The position numbers and the translations under genes are program-made. Below, one piece after another: positions 19,526 through 30,078 of a DNA stretch of 61,608 nucleotides (the first letter of the stretch is position 1; each line of letters begins with the position of its first letter). Below the pieces are notes generated by a model, which saw only the letters and a list, made by a program, of their open reading frames with translations, made no database searches and was not told the DNA's origin. The stretch is from a virus (Duplodnaviria > Caudoviricetes), in IMG/VR virus record IMGVR_UViG_3300025120_000048, positions 1 through 61,608 of that record, one strand, 5' to 3'.

Positions 19526-19540
19526 AAATAATAAAAAATA

Positions 19541-20299
19541 ATGGCTATAAACGTAAACACCGTATATCAAACCGTTTTATTAATATTAAATAAAGAACAA
19601 AGAGGTTATATGACACCTCAAGAATTTAACAATATTGGTAATCAGGTTCAGCTTGAAATATTTGAAAAGTATTTTGAAGATTTAAATCAGCAAATACGTG
19701 TTCCACAAGCCGATACAGATTATTCAGATAGAATAACAAATTTAGATGAAAAAATATCTATTTTTAAAACATTTGGAAATGCTACGTATGATTCAACAAC
19801 GAATCCAGCAACTCCATATTTTACATTACCTACAACTGATGGTTTTGGTGACACCATAACATTTTATAGATTAGGCACTGTATTATATAATGATGAAGTT
19901 GAACTTCAAAGACTTCAAAGAGGTGATTTTTATTATATTAATAAATCACAATTAACAAAGCCGTCTACTTCTTGGCCTGTTTATTTATATGAAAATAATA
20001 AACTTTTTGTAAAACCAACTGAAATAGTTTCTAAAATAACTGTTGATTTTATAAGAAAGCCTAAAGACGTTATATGGGGATTTGATGTAGGAGGTTTAGG
20101 CCAATATATATATAATTCAACTCCTTTTAATGCGGCAACACAACCAACTGGATCAATAAATTTTGAATTGCAAGATTCTGAGCAAACAGAAGTGATATTA
20201 AGAATATTAATATATGCAGGAATAGTTATTAGAGATCCACAAATTATTCAAGCAGCAACTCAACAAGTTCAAATGGACGAAATAAATAAAAAAAGCTAA
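19541..20299 (+). CDS. Putative head-tail adaptor/ring protein
   Basis: LNKEQRGY.TPQEFN motif; position after the capsid. Confidence 0.6.
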   Translation: MAINVNTVYQTVLLILNKEQRGYMTPQEFNNIGNQVQLEIFEKYFEDLNQQIRVPQADTDYSDRITNLDEKISIFKTFGNATYDSTTNPATPYFTLPTTDGFGDTITFYRLGTVLYNDEVELQRLQRGDFYYINKSQLTKPSTSWPVYLYENNKLFVKPTEIVSKITVDFIRKPKDVIWGFDVGGLGQYIYNSTPFNAATQPTGSINFELQDSEQTEVILRILIYAGIVIRDPQIIQAATQQVQMDEINKKS

Positions 20300-20305
20300 T
20301 AAATT

Positions 20306-21538
20306 ATGGCAGAAGTTGACGGTGGTTTAATAACCGAAACAAATAGACAATATTACGAAGGTGCTCAAAGCTTTAAGGTTGCAGCTAATCAATTATCTTT
20401 TACTACAACTTTTAATACTAATTTAGTATATGGTAATTTTTCACCTACAGATTCAAAATTTGGATTAAATAATTTTGTTCTTTATACAAGTTTAACTGGG
20501 TTGCCCGGTAGTTTTGTAGAGTATATACAAGAATATAGTATTTTTCAAAATACAATAACTTTTGCAAATGCTTTAGTAACTGGTAGTTTTATTGTTGTAC
20601 AATTAAAAACTCAAACCGGTGGCGAATATGGCAATAGAGATGCTTTTGGAAAAACAACTCAAGAAAATTATGGAAGTTATCAATATACATCTATGAATGA
20701 TGTAATTAATAATTTTATGATTGCATATGTAGGTGCTGGAAAGTTAATACCAAGTGTTAAAAGAACAGATGTATTGTTTCATGCTAAAAGAGGATTACAA
20801 GAATTTAGCTATGATACTTTAAAAAGTATTCATTCTTCAGAAATGACAGTTCCGCCTACCCTTTCAGTTCCTTTGCCACAAGATTATATTAATTATGTGG
20901 GTTGTTCATGGATTGATAGATTAGGAGTTAAACATCCTATATATCCTACAACTTTAACAACAAGACCTTATAGTACACCTTTACAAGACAATGATGGTAT
21001 ACAAACCTCTGGTTCTTATGATCAAGGACTTGAGGGTTCATCTCAAACTAATGAAAGATGGGATAAAGCAAACCCAAGATTATTAAGTGGAGGTATTACA
21101 ACTGAAGATATTAATAATGGATTAGCACCATTAGATATATGGAATTTTGATTGGGGTTATGGAGGATTTTATGGACAACGTTATGGGTTAGACCCAGAAT
21201 TAACGCAAGTTAATGGATGGTTTACAATAGACGAAAGAATGGGTAAGATGTCTTTTTCAAGTGATTTAAATGGAGCATTAATAATTTTAGAGTATATATC
21301 AGATGGTGTTGCTTATGATGCGACAATGAAAGTACCTAAAATGGCTGAAGAAGCATTATATGCTCATATTAGTCATGCTATATTAGCTAGCCGCATTAAT
21401 ATACCTGAATATGTAATTAACAGATTAAAGCGTGAACGAAGCGCTAAATTAAGAAATGCTAAAATTAGATTATCTAATATTAAATTAGAAGAATTTACTC
21501 AAGTAATGACTAATAAATCCAAGTGGATTAAACACTAA
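20306..21538 (+). CDS. Putative tail ring/adaptor protein
   Basis: LPQDYINYV, ILEYISDG motifs; position. Confidence 0.6.
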   Translation: MAEVDGGLITETNRQYYEGAQSFKVAANQLSFTTTFNTNLVYGNFSPTDSKFGLNNFVLYTSLTGLPGSFVEYIQEYSIFQNTITFANALVTGSFIVVQLKTQTGGEYGNRDAFGKTTQENYGSYQYTSMNDVINNFMIAYVGAGKLIPSVKRTDVLFHAKRGLQEFSYDTLKSIHSSEMTVPPTLSVPLPQDYINYVGCSWIDRLGVKHPIYPTTLTTRPYSTPLQDNDGIQTSGSYDQGLEGSSQTNERWDKANPRLLSGGITTEDINNGLAPLDIWNFDWGYGGFYGQRYGLDPELTQVNGWFTIDERMGKMSFSSDLNGALIILEYISDGVAYDATMKVPKMAEEALYAHISHAILASRINIPEYVINRLKRERSAKLRNAKIRLSNIKLEEFTQVMTNKSKWIKH

Positions 21539-21544
21539 AATTAA

Positions 21545-24500
21545 ATGGCTGAAGTAAAAAATGCTTTTATTAAATCCAAAATGAATAAAGATCTTGATGC
21601 TAGATTGCTACCATCAGGTGAATATAGAGAAGGAATTAATATACAAGTTAGTAGATCCGAAGGAGCTGACGTTGGGGCCTTACAAAATGTAAGAGGTAAT
21701 AAATTACTTTTAGATTTTGCAGCATTAACAGGCGCACCTAATCTGACTACTATAGGACAATTTACGGATGTTACTAATGAGGTAATTTATGTTTTTTTAA
21801 CAAATTATGTTCCACCTTCAACTAATCCTAATGCTTTTAATCCTACCGCAAGTAATTTTGTTTATTCTTATAATGTAAATTCAAATACAGCTACTCCTTT
21901 ATTACAAGGTGCATTTTTAAATTTTGCTACAACTAATTTAATTATTGGTGTAAATGTTTTAGAAAACTTTTTATTTTTTACAGATAATAGAAATCAACCC
22001 CGTAAAATAAATATTGCTTCTGCAGCACCTATACCTCCAGCCACAACACCTACTTATTACACTAAAGAAGAACAAATATCAGTTGCTAAATATAATCCAT
22101 TTGAGCCTATACAACTTTACAAAGAAACAGGTGCAAATACAGGCATTTATGAAACAGCTATGTATGATAGAACTAGCCAAAATTTACCAAATGGCACACC
22201 AAATCCATATTATGCAGCTAATTATCCTGGAGATCCAAATTATTTAAATGATAAATTTGTAAGATTTAGTTATAGATTTAAATTTGATGATAATGAATAT
22301 TCATTAATTGCACCGTTTACTCAACCTGCTTTTATACCAGATCAAGATGGATATTTTTTAAATAATACTACCCCTACTGGTAATTCTAAAGATGAAAATT
22401 CAGCTTATAGAAGTACAATAGTAGATTTTATGGAAAATAAAGCAGATAATATTTTGTTACAAATTCCACTACCTTCTAATGCAAATCAATTAAACGATAG
22501 CTTTAAAGTAAATGAAATTGAAATTTTATATAAAGAATCCGATGGAACTACAATAAAAGTTATAGATACTATTGATATACAAACTGCAGATTTTGTGTCT
22601 AATACTACAGACATTGTTCAATATAATTATCAAGCCAGAAAACCTTTTAAAACATTACCAAATGCAGATTTAATCAGAGTATATGATAAAGTACCTGTAA
22701 AAGCTTTTGGTCAAGAAATTATTAGCAATAGAGTTGTATATAGTAATTTTCAAGATAAACATACTCCACCTGCTAATATAGAGTATTCAGTAAATGCATC
22801 TAATAAATCCGCATTTAATGTTTCAGGAACGAATGAAACACAATGGGATACAAGTATTACTGAATATCCTATGCATACTTTAAAACAAAATAGAAATTAT
22901 CAAATTGGTATTGTTTTATCTGATAAATTTGGAAGAACATCTTCTGTAATTTTATCTTCTGTAACAGCAGACGACGTTACTGAAAGCGGTAGCGTATTTA
23001 AAGGATCTACATATTACCATCCTTATAAAACATCAAGTAATAATTTACCTGCTACTTGGCCAGGGGATTCATTAAAAGTTTTATTTACAAGCGAAATTAC
23101 TGGTGGTGGTGCGGGATTATATAATGGAAATACTGGATCAGCTAGTTATAATCCACTTGGATGGTATTCATATAAAATTGTTGTAAAACAAACAGAACAA
23201 GATTATTATAATGTTTATTTACCTGGTATTTTAAATCAAGATCCTGGAGGTTTATTAGATGATCCTAAAAATACTGTTTCTTATATAACTCTTTTAAATG
23301 ATAATATAAATAAAGTACCACGTGATTTAAGCGAAGTTGGGCCAGAACAAAAACAATTTAGAAGTTCTGTACAGTTGTTTGGAAGAGTTACTCCTGATGC
23401 TTCAACTAATATTCCAGCTTTTAATGAACAATATTATCCTGGTCAATCATCTGATACAGTATCAACTATTGGAGAACAAAATGATATATTAGGAACAACA
23501 ACAGATTATTCAGATATTTATCAATCTAAATCTAATCCTTTATTAGCAAGATCAACACAAGGAAATTCTATTAACCCTATAGGCGCGGATATACATGCTT
23601 CAGGCAATTATAATATACTTTTAGGTATATACGAAACAAGTCCTGTGTTATCACTGTTAGATATTTATTGGGAAACATCTACAACAGGTCTTATATCTGA
23701 TTTAAATTTAGCAATTAATACAGGTAATCAAAATCCAACAGGATTTAGCATTATTACTTATGCTCAATCTGAAGCAAATGCAATAGGTACAACAATTACA
23801 AATGATTTTTGGCCATTAGATTTAACTGATAACCCTATACCAACTTCTCAAGTTGATATAAATACTATAGTAGACGGAACTGGGGCTAATAGAACTGGAA
23901 TAATAATAATTAAAACAGCTGGAGGAGCTACAACTCCAAATGGAGCAACATATTCGCAAGATTCTTATGTGTTACAAACTTCGGCATATTTCTTTTTTAA
24001 CTCGGATCCTAATCAAAATAATTTTACATTTAATTTTAATGTTCAAGATTTAGGTAATGCTTCTTCTACAATAATAGATTACCAAGCTAGCTTAGCAAAT
24101 GCTACACCTCAAATAACTAACTGCCCTTCAACTATAGCTGTTGTTCCAGGAACACAAAACATATTTACATTTACAGGAAATAATGGCTCAAATACAAGTG
24201 GAAGTTACACAAGTCAAGGTTTAGTATGGAGCTTAGTTAATGATGACGCAACGTCACCTATAACAATTGATTCATCTACGGGTGTATTACAAGATTTAAC
24301 AGGAACTGCTACAGGATCTTTTTCTGGAACAGTTACATTAACTGATGCAGATGGAGGATCAGCTAATGGTGCGTTAAGTACAACATGTGCAATAAATACC
24401 ACAGTTGGAGCTGAGCCTGCTAATGGAGCTTTTGCTGATTGCAAAAGTATTACGGGCGGTTTAGGGGCAATAAGTCAAGGTTTTTATTGGGTATCTGATG

Positions 24501-25849
24501 TAACCAATGCAGCTCAACAAAGTCCTATAATAGATAATTTAAGACAACCTATAACTGCATTACAATTAAATGATAATTTAGCTTCACCAACAGAAGTTGC
24601 TGTTACTGTAACAAATTCTAATTGTCATACATTACAATCTCAACCACCCGTTATAACTAATAAAAATAATAATATTATTTATAATAGTAATCAATCTGCA
24701 AGTAATCTAACACAAGGTACTGCATATATAAGTGTTGATTTTCAATTAGAACAATATAGTGCTTTTCAATTATCTGGAAATAATATTGGTTTACCTGCAT
24801 CCGGAACAGATTGGTCACAAGGTCCTTATGTAACTTGGCCTTGCTATTTACAATATCGCCCTAATGCTGCAAGTCCTTGGGTAAGAGCAACTGATATAGA
24901 AAATAAACAAATATTTTTTGGAGGTGCTCAAGAAGTAAATTATGAAGCTAGTTCTGTAAATTCTGGTTTTAATATATTTTCTTCAGATACAAGTTCTAAT
25001 ACAATAAATAAAGAAGGTGTTATAAATCAATCTACAACTGCAACTCCTGTTTTAGGAAATAATTTTGTAAATGGAATTGACACTACGGATGTAATGTCAG
25101 TTATGACCCAATACTATGCAGCTGGATCTCCCACTCCTAATTATACTAGATTATTTGGAAAAGCAAATAGAACTTTTGCAATTGGTAAAGATCAAGGATA
25201 TAAACAAGAATCAGATAAATTTGGAGATTATAGACTTATAGTTGGTTATCCTTGGGGACAAGCTCAATATTATAATGGAAATTATGTTGGTCAAAATGCT
25301 GCTGAAGGGGTAGTTACCGTAAATTTAAATATTTTAAATCCATCTTCAACAAACGTAAGATGCCCTGAAACAACATCTGTTTTTTATAATGGTAATCGTT
25401 ATAAAATAACAGTAAAATATGGAGATTTTTATTATCCTAAAGATTATCCTACTTGCTCTTCATCATCACCAACATTTTTTGAATATAAAGTTTCATCAAG
25501 TGGCGATAGTGCAAGTATTAACTCATTAAAAAATTCAACTCCATCAGTGTCAGTATTTGCAAAAGAATGGCATTGTAAATATGTTACTCAATTTTATACA
25601 GATTCAGCATTATCAACAAAATGGACACCAACTAGTCAATCATCAGGCAAATGGCATACTTATATTCCTGCATTTAGTAATACTAAAACAGGTAGAGATG
25701 GAACATGGAATTCATGGGTAAAAGGAGAAGGCCAACCAATTACAAATAATTTTGCTTATACTGATCAAGATAGAAGATGGGCGGCACAATTTAATGCTAC
25801 TGGAGAAAAATTAACTAGGACTGCAACACCTTCAGAAACTGGTCAGTAA
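21545..25849 (+). CDS. Tail nozzle/stabilisation protein, N-terminal chain with Ig/cadherin-like extension
   Basis: KMNKDLD.RL...GEYR start, LFFTDNRNQPRKIN, RFSYRF, YQIGIV..DKFGR motifs. Confidence 0.65.
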   Translation: MAEVKNAFIKSKMNKDLDARLLPSGEYREGINIQVSRSEGADVGALQNVRGNKLLLDFAALTGAPNLTTIGQFTDVTNEVIYVFLTNYVPPSTNPNAFNPTASNFVYSYNVNSNTATPLLQGAFLNFATTNLIIGVNVLENFLFFTDNRNQPRKINIASAAPIPPATTPTYYTKEEQISVAKYNPFEPIQLYKETGANTGIYETAMYDRTSQNLPNGTPNPYYAANYPGDPNYLNDKFVRFSYRFKFDDNEYSLIAPFTQPAFIPDQDGYFLNNTTPTGNSKDENSAYRSTIVDFMENKADNILLQIPLPSNANQLNDSFKVNEIEILYKESDGTTIKVIDTIDIQTADFVSNTTDIVQYNYQARKPFKTLPNADLIRVYDKVPVKAFGQEIISNRVVYSNFQDKHTPPANIEYSVNASNKSAFNVSGTNETQWDTSITEYPMHTLKQNRNYQIGIVLSDKFGRTSSVILSSVTADDVTESGSVFKGSTYYHPYKTSSNNLPATWPGDSLKVLFTSEITGGGAGLYNGNTGSASYNPLGWYSYKIVVKQTEQDYYNVYLPGILNQDPGGLLDDPKNTVSYITLLNDNINKVPRDLSEVGPEQKQFRSSVQLFGRVTPDASTNIPAFNEQYYPGQSSDTVSTIGEQNDILGTTTDYSDIYQSKSNPLLARSTQGNSINPIGADIHASGNYNILLGIYETSPVLSLLDIYWETSTTGLISDLNLAINTGNQNPTGFSIITYAQSEANAIGTTITNDFWPLDLTDNPIPTSQVDINTIVDGTGANRTGIIIIKTAGGATTPNGATYSQDSYVLQTSAYFFFNSDPNQNNFTFNFNVQDLGNASSTIIDYQASLANATPQITNCPSTIAVVPGTQNIFTFTGNNGSNTSGSYTSQGLVWSLVNDDATSPITIDSSTGVLQDLTGTATGSFSGTVTLTDADGGSANGALSTTCAINTTVGAEPANGAFADCKSITGGLGAISQGFYWVSDVTNAAQQSPIIDNLRQPITALQLNDNLASPTEVAVTVTNSNCHTLQSQPPVITNKNNNIIYNSNQSASNLTQGTAYISVDFQLEQYSAFQLSGNNIGLPASGTDWSQGPYVTWPCYLQYRPNAASPWVRATDIENKQIFFGGAQEVNYEASSVNSGFNIFSSDTSSNTINKEGVINQSTTATPVLGNNFVNGIDTTDVMSVMTQYYAAGSPTPNYTRLFGKANRTFAIGKDQGYKQESDKFGDYRLIVGYPWGQAQYYNGNYVGQNAAEGVVTVNLNILNPSSTNVRCPETTSVFYNGNRYKITVKYGDFYYPKDYPTCSSSSPTFFEYKVSSSGDSASINSLKNSTPSVSVFAKEWHCKYVTQFYTDSALSTKWTPTSQSSGKWHTYIPAFSNTKTGRDGTWNSWVKGEGQPITNNFAYTDQDRRWAAQFNATGEKLTRTATPSETGQ

Positions 25850-25878
25850 TTAATATAATAAATAAGTAATAATAAAAT

Positions 25879-27309
25879 ATGGCAGCAGTAGTAGAAGTTA
25901 AATATTTTAACAGCTTTATATTAAGAAAAGTTGTAGATGCAAGCGGCGATAATGTTATTTGGAATGGTATTAATGGTTCAGCTAAAGCTATACCACAAGA
26001 TGCTACAGCAAATCAATCAAAATCATGGTTTATTGAAGAAGCTAGAATACGTGGTGGTTATAATAATACTAATGTAGACTATGGAGTACGTGCCTATTTA
26101 GTTGAATCTGAACCAAATGCTATACACAAACAAAATTCATTAATATATTCAGGAATATTTAATTCAAGAACAGGTATTAATGATACAAATGTATTTTCAG
26201 TTGGTGAAGACATTACTAAGTCTGTTGATCCAGCTAATGGTTCAATACAAAAGTTATATGCAGAAGATACAAATCTTGTTATATTTCAAGAAAATAAAGT
26301 TAATAGAGCTTTAATTGATAAAGATGCAATCTATTCAGCTGAAGGTAATGCTACTGTAACTACTGGGCCTAATGTAATTGGTCAAATACAAGCTTTTGCT
26401 GGAAACTTTGGTATAAGTAAAAACCCAGAAAGTTTTGCAGTATATGGCTATAGAAAATATTTTACTGATAAAGAAAGAAATGCTGTACTAAGATTGTCAG
26501 TTGATGGTATATCAGAAATATCTAAATATGGGATGTATGATTTTTTTAGAGATAACTTAAGCTCATTAAATAGTACAACTACAAGTGGTAAAGCAATGGG
26601 TATGTGGGATATTTACAATAAACAATATGTATTATCATTACAACCAGATATGAATAAGGCACCAGCACCTAACCCTACATATCATACATTATCATTTAAT
26701 GAAGATGTAAAAGGATGGGAAAGTTTTTATACATATAAGCCAACATTAGGAACAAGTTTAAAAAATAACTTTTATACTTTTAACGATGCAGCATTATATA
26801 TTCATTACAGCCCTGATGTAAGCCATGGAACGTTTTATGGTGCTACCAGCTCATCTTCTATAGAGTTTGTATTTAATCCTCAAGTAAGCTTATCAAAAGT
26901 CTTTAAAACAGTTAATTATGAAGGTGATAATGGATGGCAAGTTGATAGTTTTAAATCAGATTTACAAAAAGTTGGTAATCCTATAGCTGTATCTGCTATA
27001 AATCAAGATGTAACTACAAAAGTATATAGTTATAATGAGGGTGCTTATGATAATTATGGCAATCAATTTCCTAATGTATTAACTCCGCCAATTAATTATG
27101 CCGGATTTGTACGTATGGAAAACAAATACAAAGCTAATTTAGTAAACAATAGTGTAGCTGCAGCAGGTGAAGTAATATTTGGAAATGCCGTTACAGGTAT
27201 TAAAGGCTATTTTGCAACAGTTAAAGTATCTACTGATTCTGTTACTGATCCTGGAGGTGCAAAAGAATTATTTGCTGTATCTTCGGATTATATAGAATCA
27301 TCTTATTAA
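25879..27309 (+). CDS. Tail nozzle/stabilisation protein, C-terminal chain
   Basis: GSIQKL, FGISKNPESF, YFTD..R..VLRL, W.SFYTY.P beta-propeller-like motifs. Confidence 0.6.
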   Translation: MAAVVEVKYFNSFILRKVVDASGDNVIWNGINGSAKAIPQDATANQSKSWFIEEARIRGGYNNTNVDYGVRAYLVESEPNAIHKQNSLIYSGIFNSRTGINDTNVFSVGEDITKSVDPANGSIQKLYAEDTNLVIFQENKVNRALIDKDAIYSAEGNATVTTGPNVIGQIQAFAGNFGISKNPESFAVYGYRKYFTDKERNAVLRLSVDGISEISKYGMYDFFRDNLSSLNSTTTSGKAMGMWDIYNKQYVLSLQPDMNKAPAPNPTYHTLSFNEDVKGWESFYTYKPTLGTSLKNNFYTFNDAALYIHYSPDVSHGTFYGATSSSSIEFVFNPQVSLSKVFKTVNYEGDNGWQVDSFKSDLQKVGNPIAVSAINQDVTTKVYSYNEGAYDNYGNQFPNVLTPPINYAGFVRMENKYKANLVNNSVAAAGEVIFGNAVTGIKGYFATVKVSTDSVTDPGGAKELFAVSSDYIESSY

Positions 27310-27719
27310 TGGAAATAGAAAAATTAAATGACGATATTGTTTTAGTACATAATAATGGTAAAATAGCAACTCATGATGCTTTTCCTGTTAAACATACTTT
27401 TGCAGATCAAATTTATTTAAGAGAAATGAAAATGCACGCTGGAGGCATTGTACTAGGTGCAATACACACATTTGATCATGCATGGTTTTTAACTGAAGGC
27501 ACTGTATCTATTAAAACAAATGATAAAATAATAAAATATTCAGCACCTTTTTATAAAAAATCTAAAGCTGGTGATCAAAGAGTAATATATGCCCATACTA
27601 ATAGCACATTTGTAACGGTACATAAAAATCCTAATAATATTAAAAACATTGAGGAATTAGAAAAAATATTAGCTTCATCTAGTTATGAAGAATTTAAATT
27701 TAAAACAAGTAAATTATGA
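27309..27719 (+). CDS. Cupin-like protein
   Basis: HTF..QIY.RE....G....G.IH...H...L..G pattern. Confidence 0.55.
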   Translation: MEIEKLNDDIVLVHNNGKIATHDAFPVKHTFADQIYLREMKMHAGGIVLGAIHTFDHAWFLTEGTVSIKTNDKIIKYSAPFYKKSKAGDQRVIYAHTNSTFVTVHKNPNNIKNIEELEKILASSSYEEFKFKTSKL

Positions 27720-28483
27720 GTATGTTAATAGTTGGCATCGCTTCAGCGGCAGTTTCATTAGGTGGTACTATTATTGGCGCTGTTGGAGCTAAAAAACAGC
27801 GTAAAGCAGAAGAAAAAGAAAAAGAAAGAATAGGTAGAAAAATGAATGCTTTAGAAAGTAAAAGGCAACCTATTATTAATCCTTATGCTAATGTAAAAGA
27901 TCTTAGTTCAATGGCTACCGATCTTAGTGGAATGATGTCTAATCCTTATGGTGATTTAGGTGTTGCTACTGGTGCTGCTGAAATACAAATGGAGCAATCA
28001 GATTTAGCATTAGCTAATACATTAGATACTTTAAGGGCAACTGGTGCTAGTGCTGGTGGTGCAACTGCTTTAGCTCAAGCGGCATTACAAAGTAAAAAAC
28101 AAGTTTCTGCAGATATTGAAAAACAAGAATTAAGTAATGAAAGATTAAAAGCACAAGGAGAAGCACAATTACAACAAGTTAAATTAAGTGAAGCTCGAAG
28201 AGTTCAAGGTGCTCAATTAAGTGAAGCTCAAAGAATGCAATCAGCTGATGTTGCTGGGCAACAATTTATGTTTGGTCAAAAAGAAATAAGAGAACAAACA
28301 CAATTAGATAGACTAGCAGGCCAACAAGCTCAAAGCCAAGCAAATATTAATCAAGCAAGAGCAGATCAAGCTTCTATAATATCTGGTGGTATGAGTTCTT
28401 TAGGAAATATAGGAGCTTCAGTTGCGGGTAATTACCAAGGCGGATCTGTTCCTGGTCCTGGTGGAAGTGGTAAACCAAGTTAA
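27716..28483 (+). CDS. Putative ejection/pilot protein 1
   Basis: Hydrophobic Gly/Ala N-terminus, Ala/Gln-rich coiled coil; position after the tail genes. Confidence 0.55.
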   Translation: MSMLIVGIASAAVSLGGTIIGAVGAKKQRKAEEKEKERIGRKMNALESKRQPIINPYANVKDLSSMATDLSGMMSNPYGDLGVATGAAEIQMEQSDLALANTLDTLRATGASAGGATALAQAALQSKKQVSADIEKQELSNERLKAQGEAQLQQVKLSEARRVQGAQLSEAQRMQSADVAGQQFMFGQKEIREQTQLDRLAGQQAQSQANINQARADQASIISGGMSSLGNIGASVAGNYQGGSVPGPGGSGKPS

Positions 28484-28501
28484 GATTATAAAAAATAAAT
28501 T

Positions 28502-30067
28502 ATGAGTTATAGAAATCCACAAATAGTACAGCCTAGTAAAGCAGGTCAGATATATGCAGCAGGTTTAGAACAAGTTGGGAAGCAAGCGGCTAGAGGCATT
28601 GAAATGTATGCTAAAAAACAAGAAAAATTACTTAAAGAGCAAGAAGCAGCTTTAAAAAAAGAACAAGATTTATTTAATAGAGTTGATCTTGAAAAAGCTA
28701 AAATGAATGCTAATTTTCAACAGCAAACAAAAAAATACCAACTATCAGATGAATTACGACCAATAGCTGATAACGCTATAAAACAATATGGAGATGCTAA
28801 AATAGCTTTGCTTACTGAAACAAATCCTCAAAACAGAGCATATTATAATAAATTATTACAAAATTCTTATACAACACTAATAGATGCAGAAGCTTTCGTA
28901 GGTTCTATGCAAGCTGATGGCCAAAATTATTTAAGTATACAAAACAAAAACGAGTTAGGATATACTAAAGGTATTGCTGGAGAAAATGAGCAAGAAAGAT
29001 TAATAAATCAAGAATTTATACAAGTAGCAAGTGGTAGACAACCCGGAGGAACAGTTAGAATGATCCAATTAGAAGATGGTTCTATGGACATGATGGCTTA
29101 CCGTGAAGATGGATCCTTAATACGAAGTTTAAATTCAGTAAAATATTTGCAATCTGGCAATAGTTTATTATACGATATACCTGATACTAAAACAGAGTTT
29201 TTAAAAGACGTAGACAAACAAATACTTAATGATCAAGGTGGTTATAAAGAACAATTTTTAAATACAGAAGAAAGTATTACAACAACAATTGGTGGAGATA
29301 AATATAAACAACTATATAAAACAATAAATAAAGAGGCTATTGTTGATGCTTCATCTGCAACATTAGATGGACAAGTTGCTGCTTATTATGGTTTAGACAA
29401 TCAACAAAAAAGAAATGTTTGGAAAAATCAATTAAATCAATCAACTGAAGTTCCGTTAACAGATAATGAAGAAGGTGTAAGAAAAGCTTATACTGAACTT
29501 TTATTAAATGATATTGCATCTCAAAAAGATGTAATTCAAATTGAAGGTGATTTTGCTCTTGCAACTACTAAAAGACAATTAATTGTTCCACCAAAGCCTA
29601 CAAAAGCATCTAAACCTAGTAAAAAAGAAATAACTGCCGGCAAAATGGCTAATGATATATTAGCAGAAGGTAATGTATTTAATTTTCCTAGAGCACCTCA
29701 AAGTAATGTAATACAAACTATAGGCAATTTAGAAATTAAAGAAAATGATACTGCTCTTGAATCAACTTTAAATCGCATGGGCTTTAATGTTAAAACAGCT
29801 AGAGACGAAGACGATAAATTTGTAGGTTATGATATTAATTTAAAAGGAGCTCCAAAAACTTCAAGAATAGAATTAGATATTAATAAACCAATTAGTAAAA
29901 AAGATTTTTATAGAGAATTATTAATTGCTTCTGGTTATGATGTGCCAACCGCTAAAAGCGTTGCAGATGATTTATTAAACGCATTAACAATACAAGGCGG
30001 CTTTACTCCGCCAACTCAAGATGAAATGAATGCAGCTGATTTATTACAAAAATATACAACAAAATAA
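28502..30067 (+). CDS. Putative ejection protein 2
   Basis: Helical Gln/Lys-rich 521-aa protein between the pilot-like and giant genes. Confidence 0.5.
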   Translation: MSYRNPQIVQPSKAGQIYAAGLEQVGKQAARGIEMYAKKQEKLLKEQEAALKKEQDLFNRVDLEKAKMNANFQQQTKKYQLSDELRPIADNAIKQYGDAKIALLTETNPQNRAYYNKLLQNSYTTLIDAEAFVGSMQADGQNYLSIQNKNELGYTKGIAGENEQERLINQEFIQVASGRQPGGTVRMIQLEDGSMDMMAYREDGSLIRSLNSVKYLQSGNSLLYDIPDTKTEFLKDVDKQILNDQGGYKEQFLNTEESITTTIGGDKYKQLYKTINKEAIVDASSATLDGQVAAYYGLDNQQKRNVWKNQLNQSTEVPLTDNEEGVRKAYTELLLNDIASQKDVIQIEGDFALATTKRQLIVPPKPTKASKPSKKEITAGKMANDILAEGNVFNFPRAPQSNVIQTIGNLEIKENDTALESTLNRMGFNVKTARDEDDKFVGYDINLKGAPKTSRIELDINKPISKKDFYRELLIASGYDVPTAKSVADDLLNALTIQGGFTPPTQDEMNAADLLQKYTTK

Positions 30068-30078
30068 AATAGTTTAAT

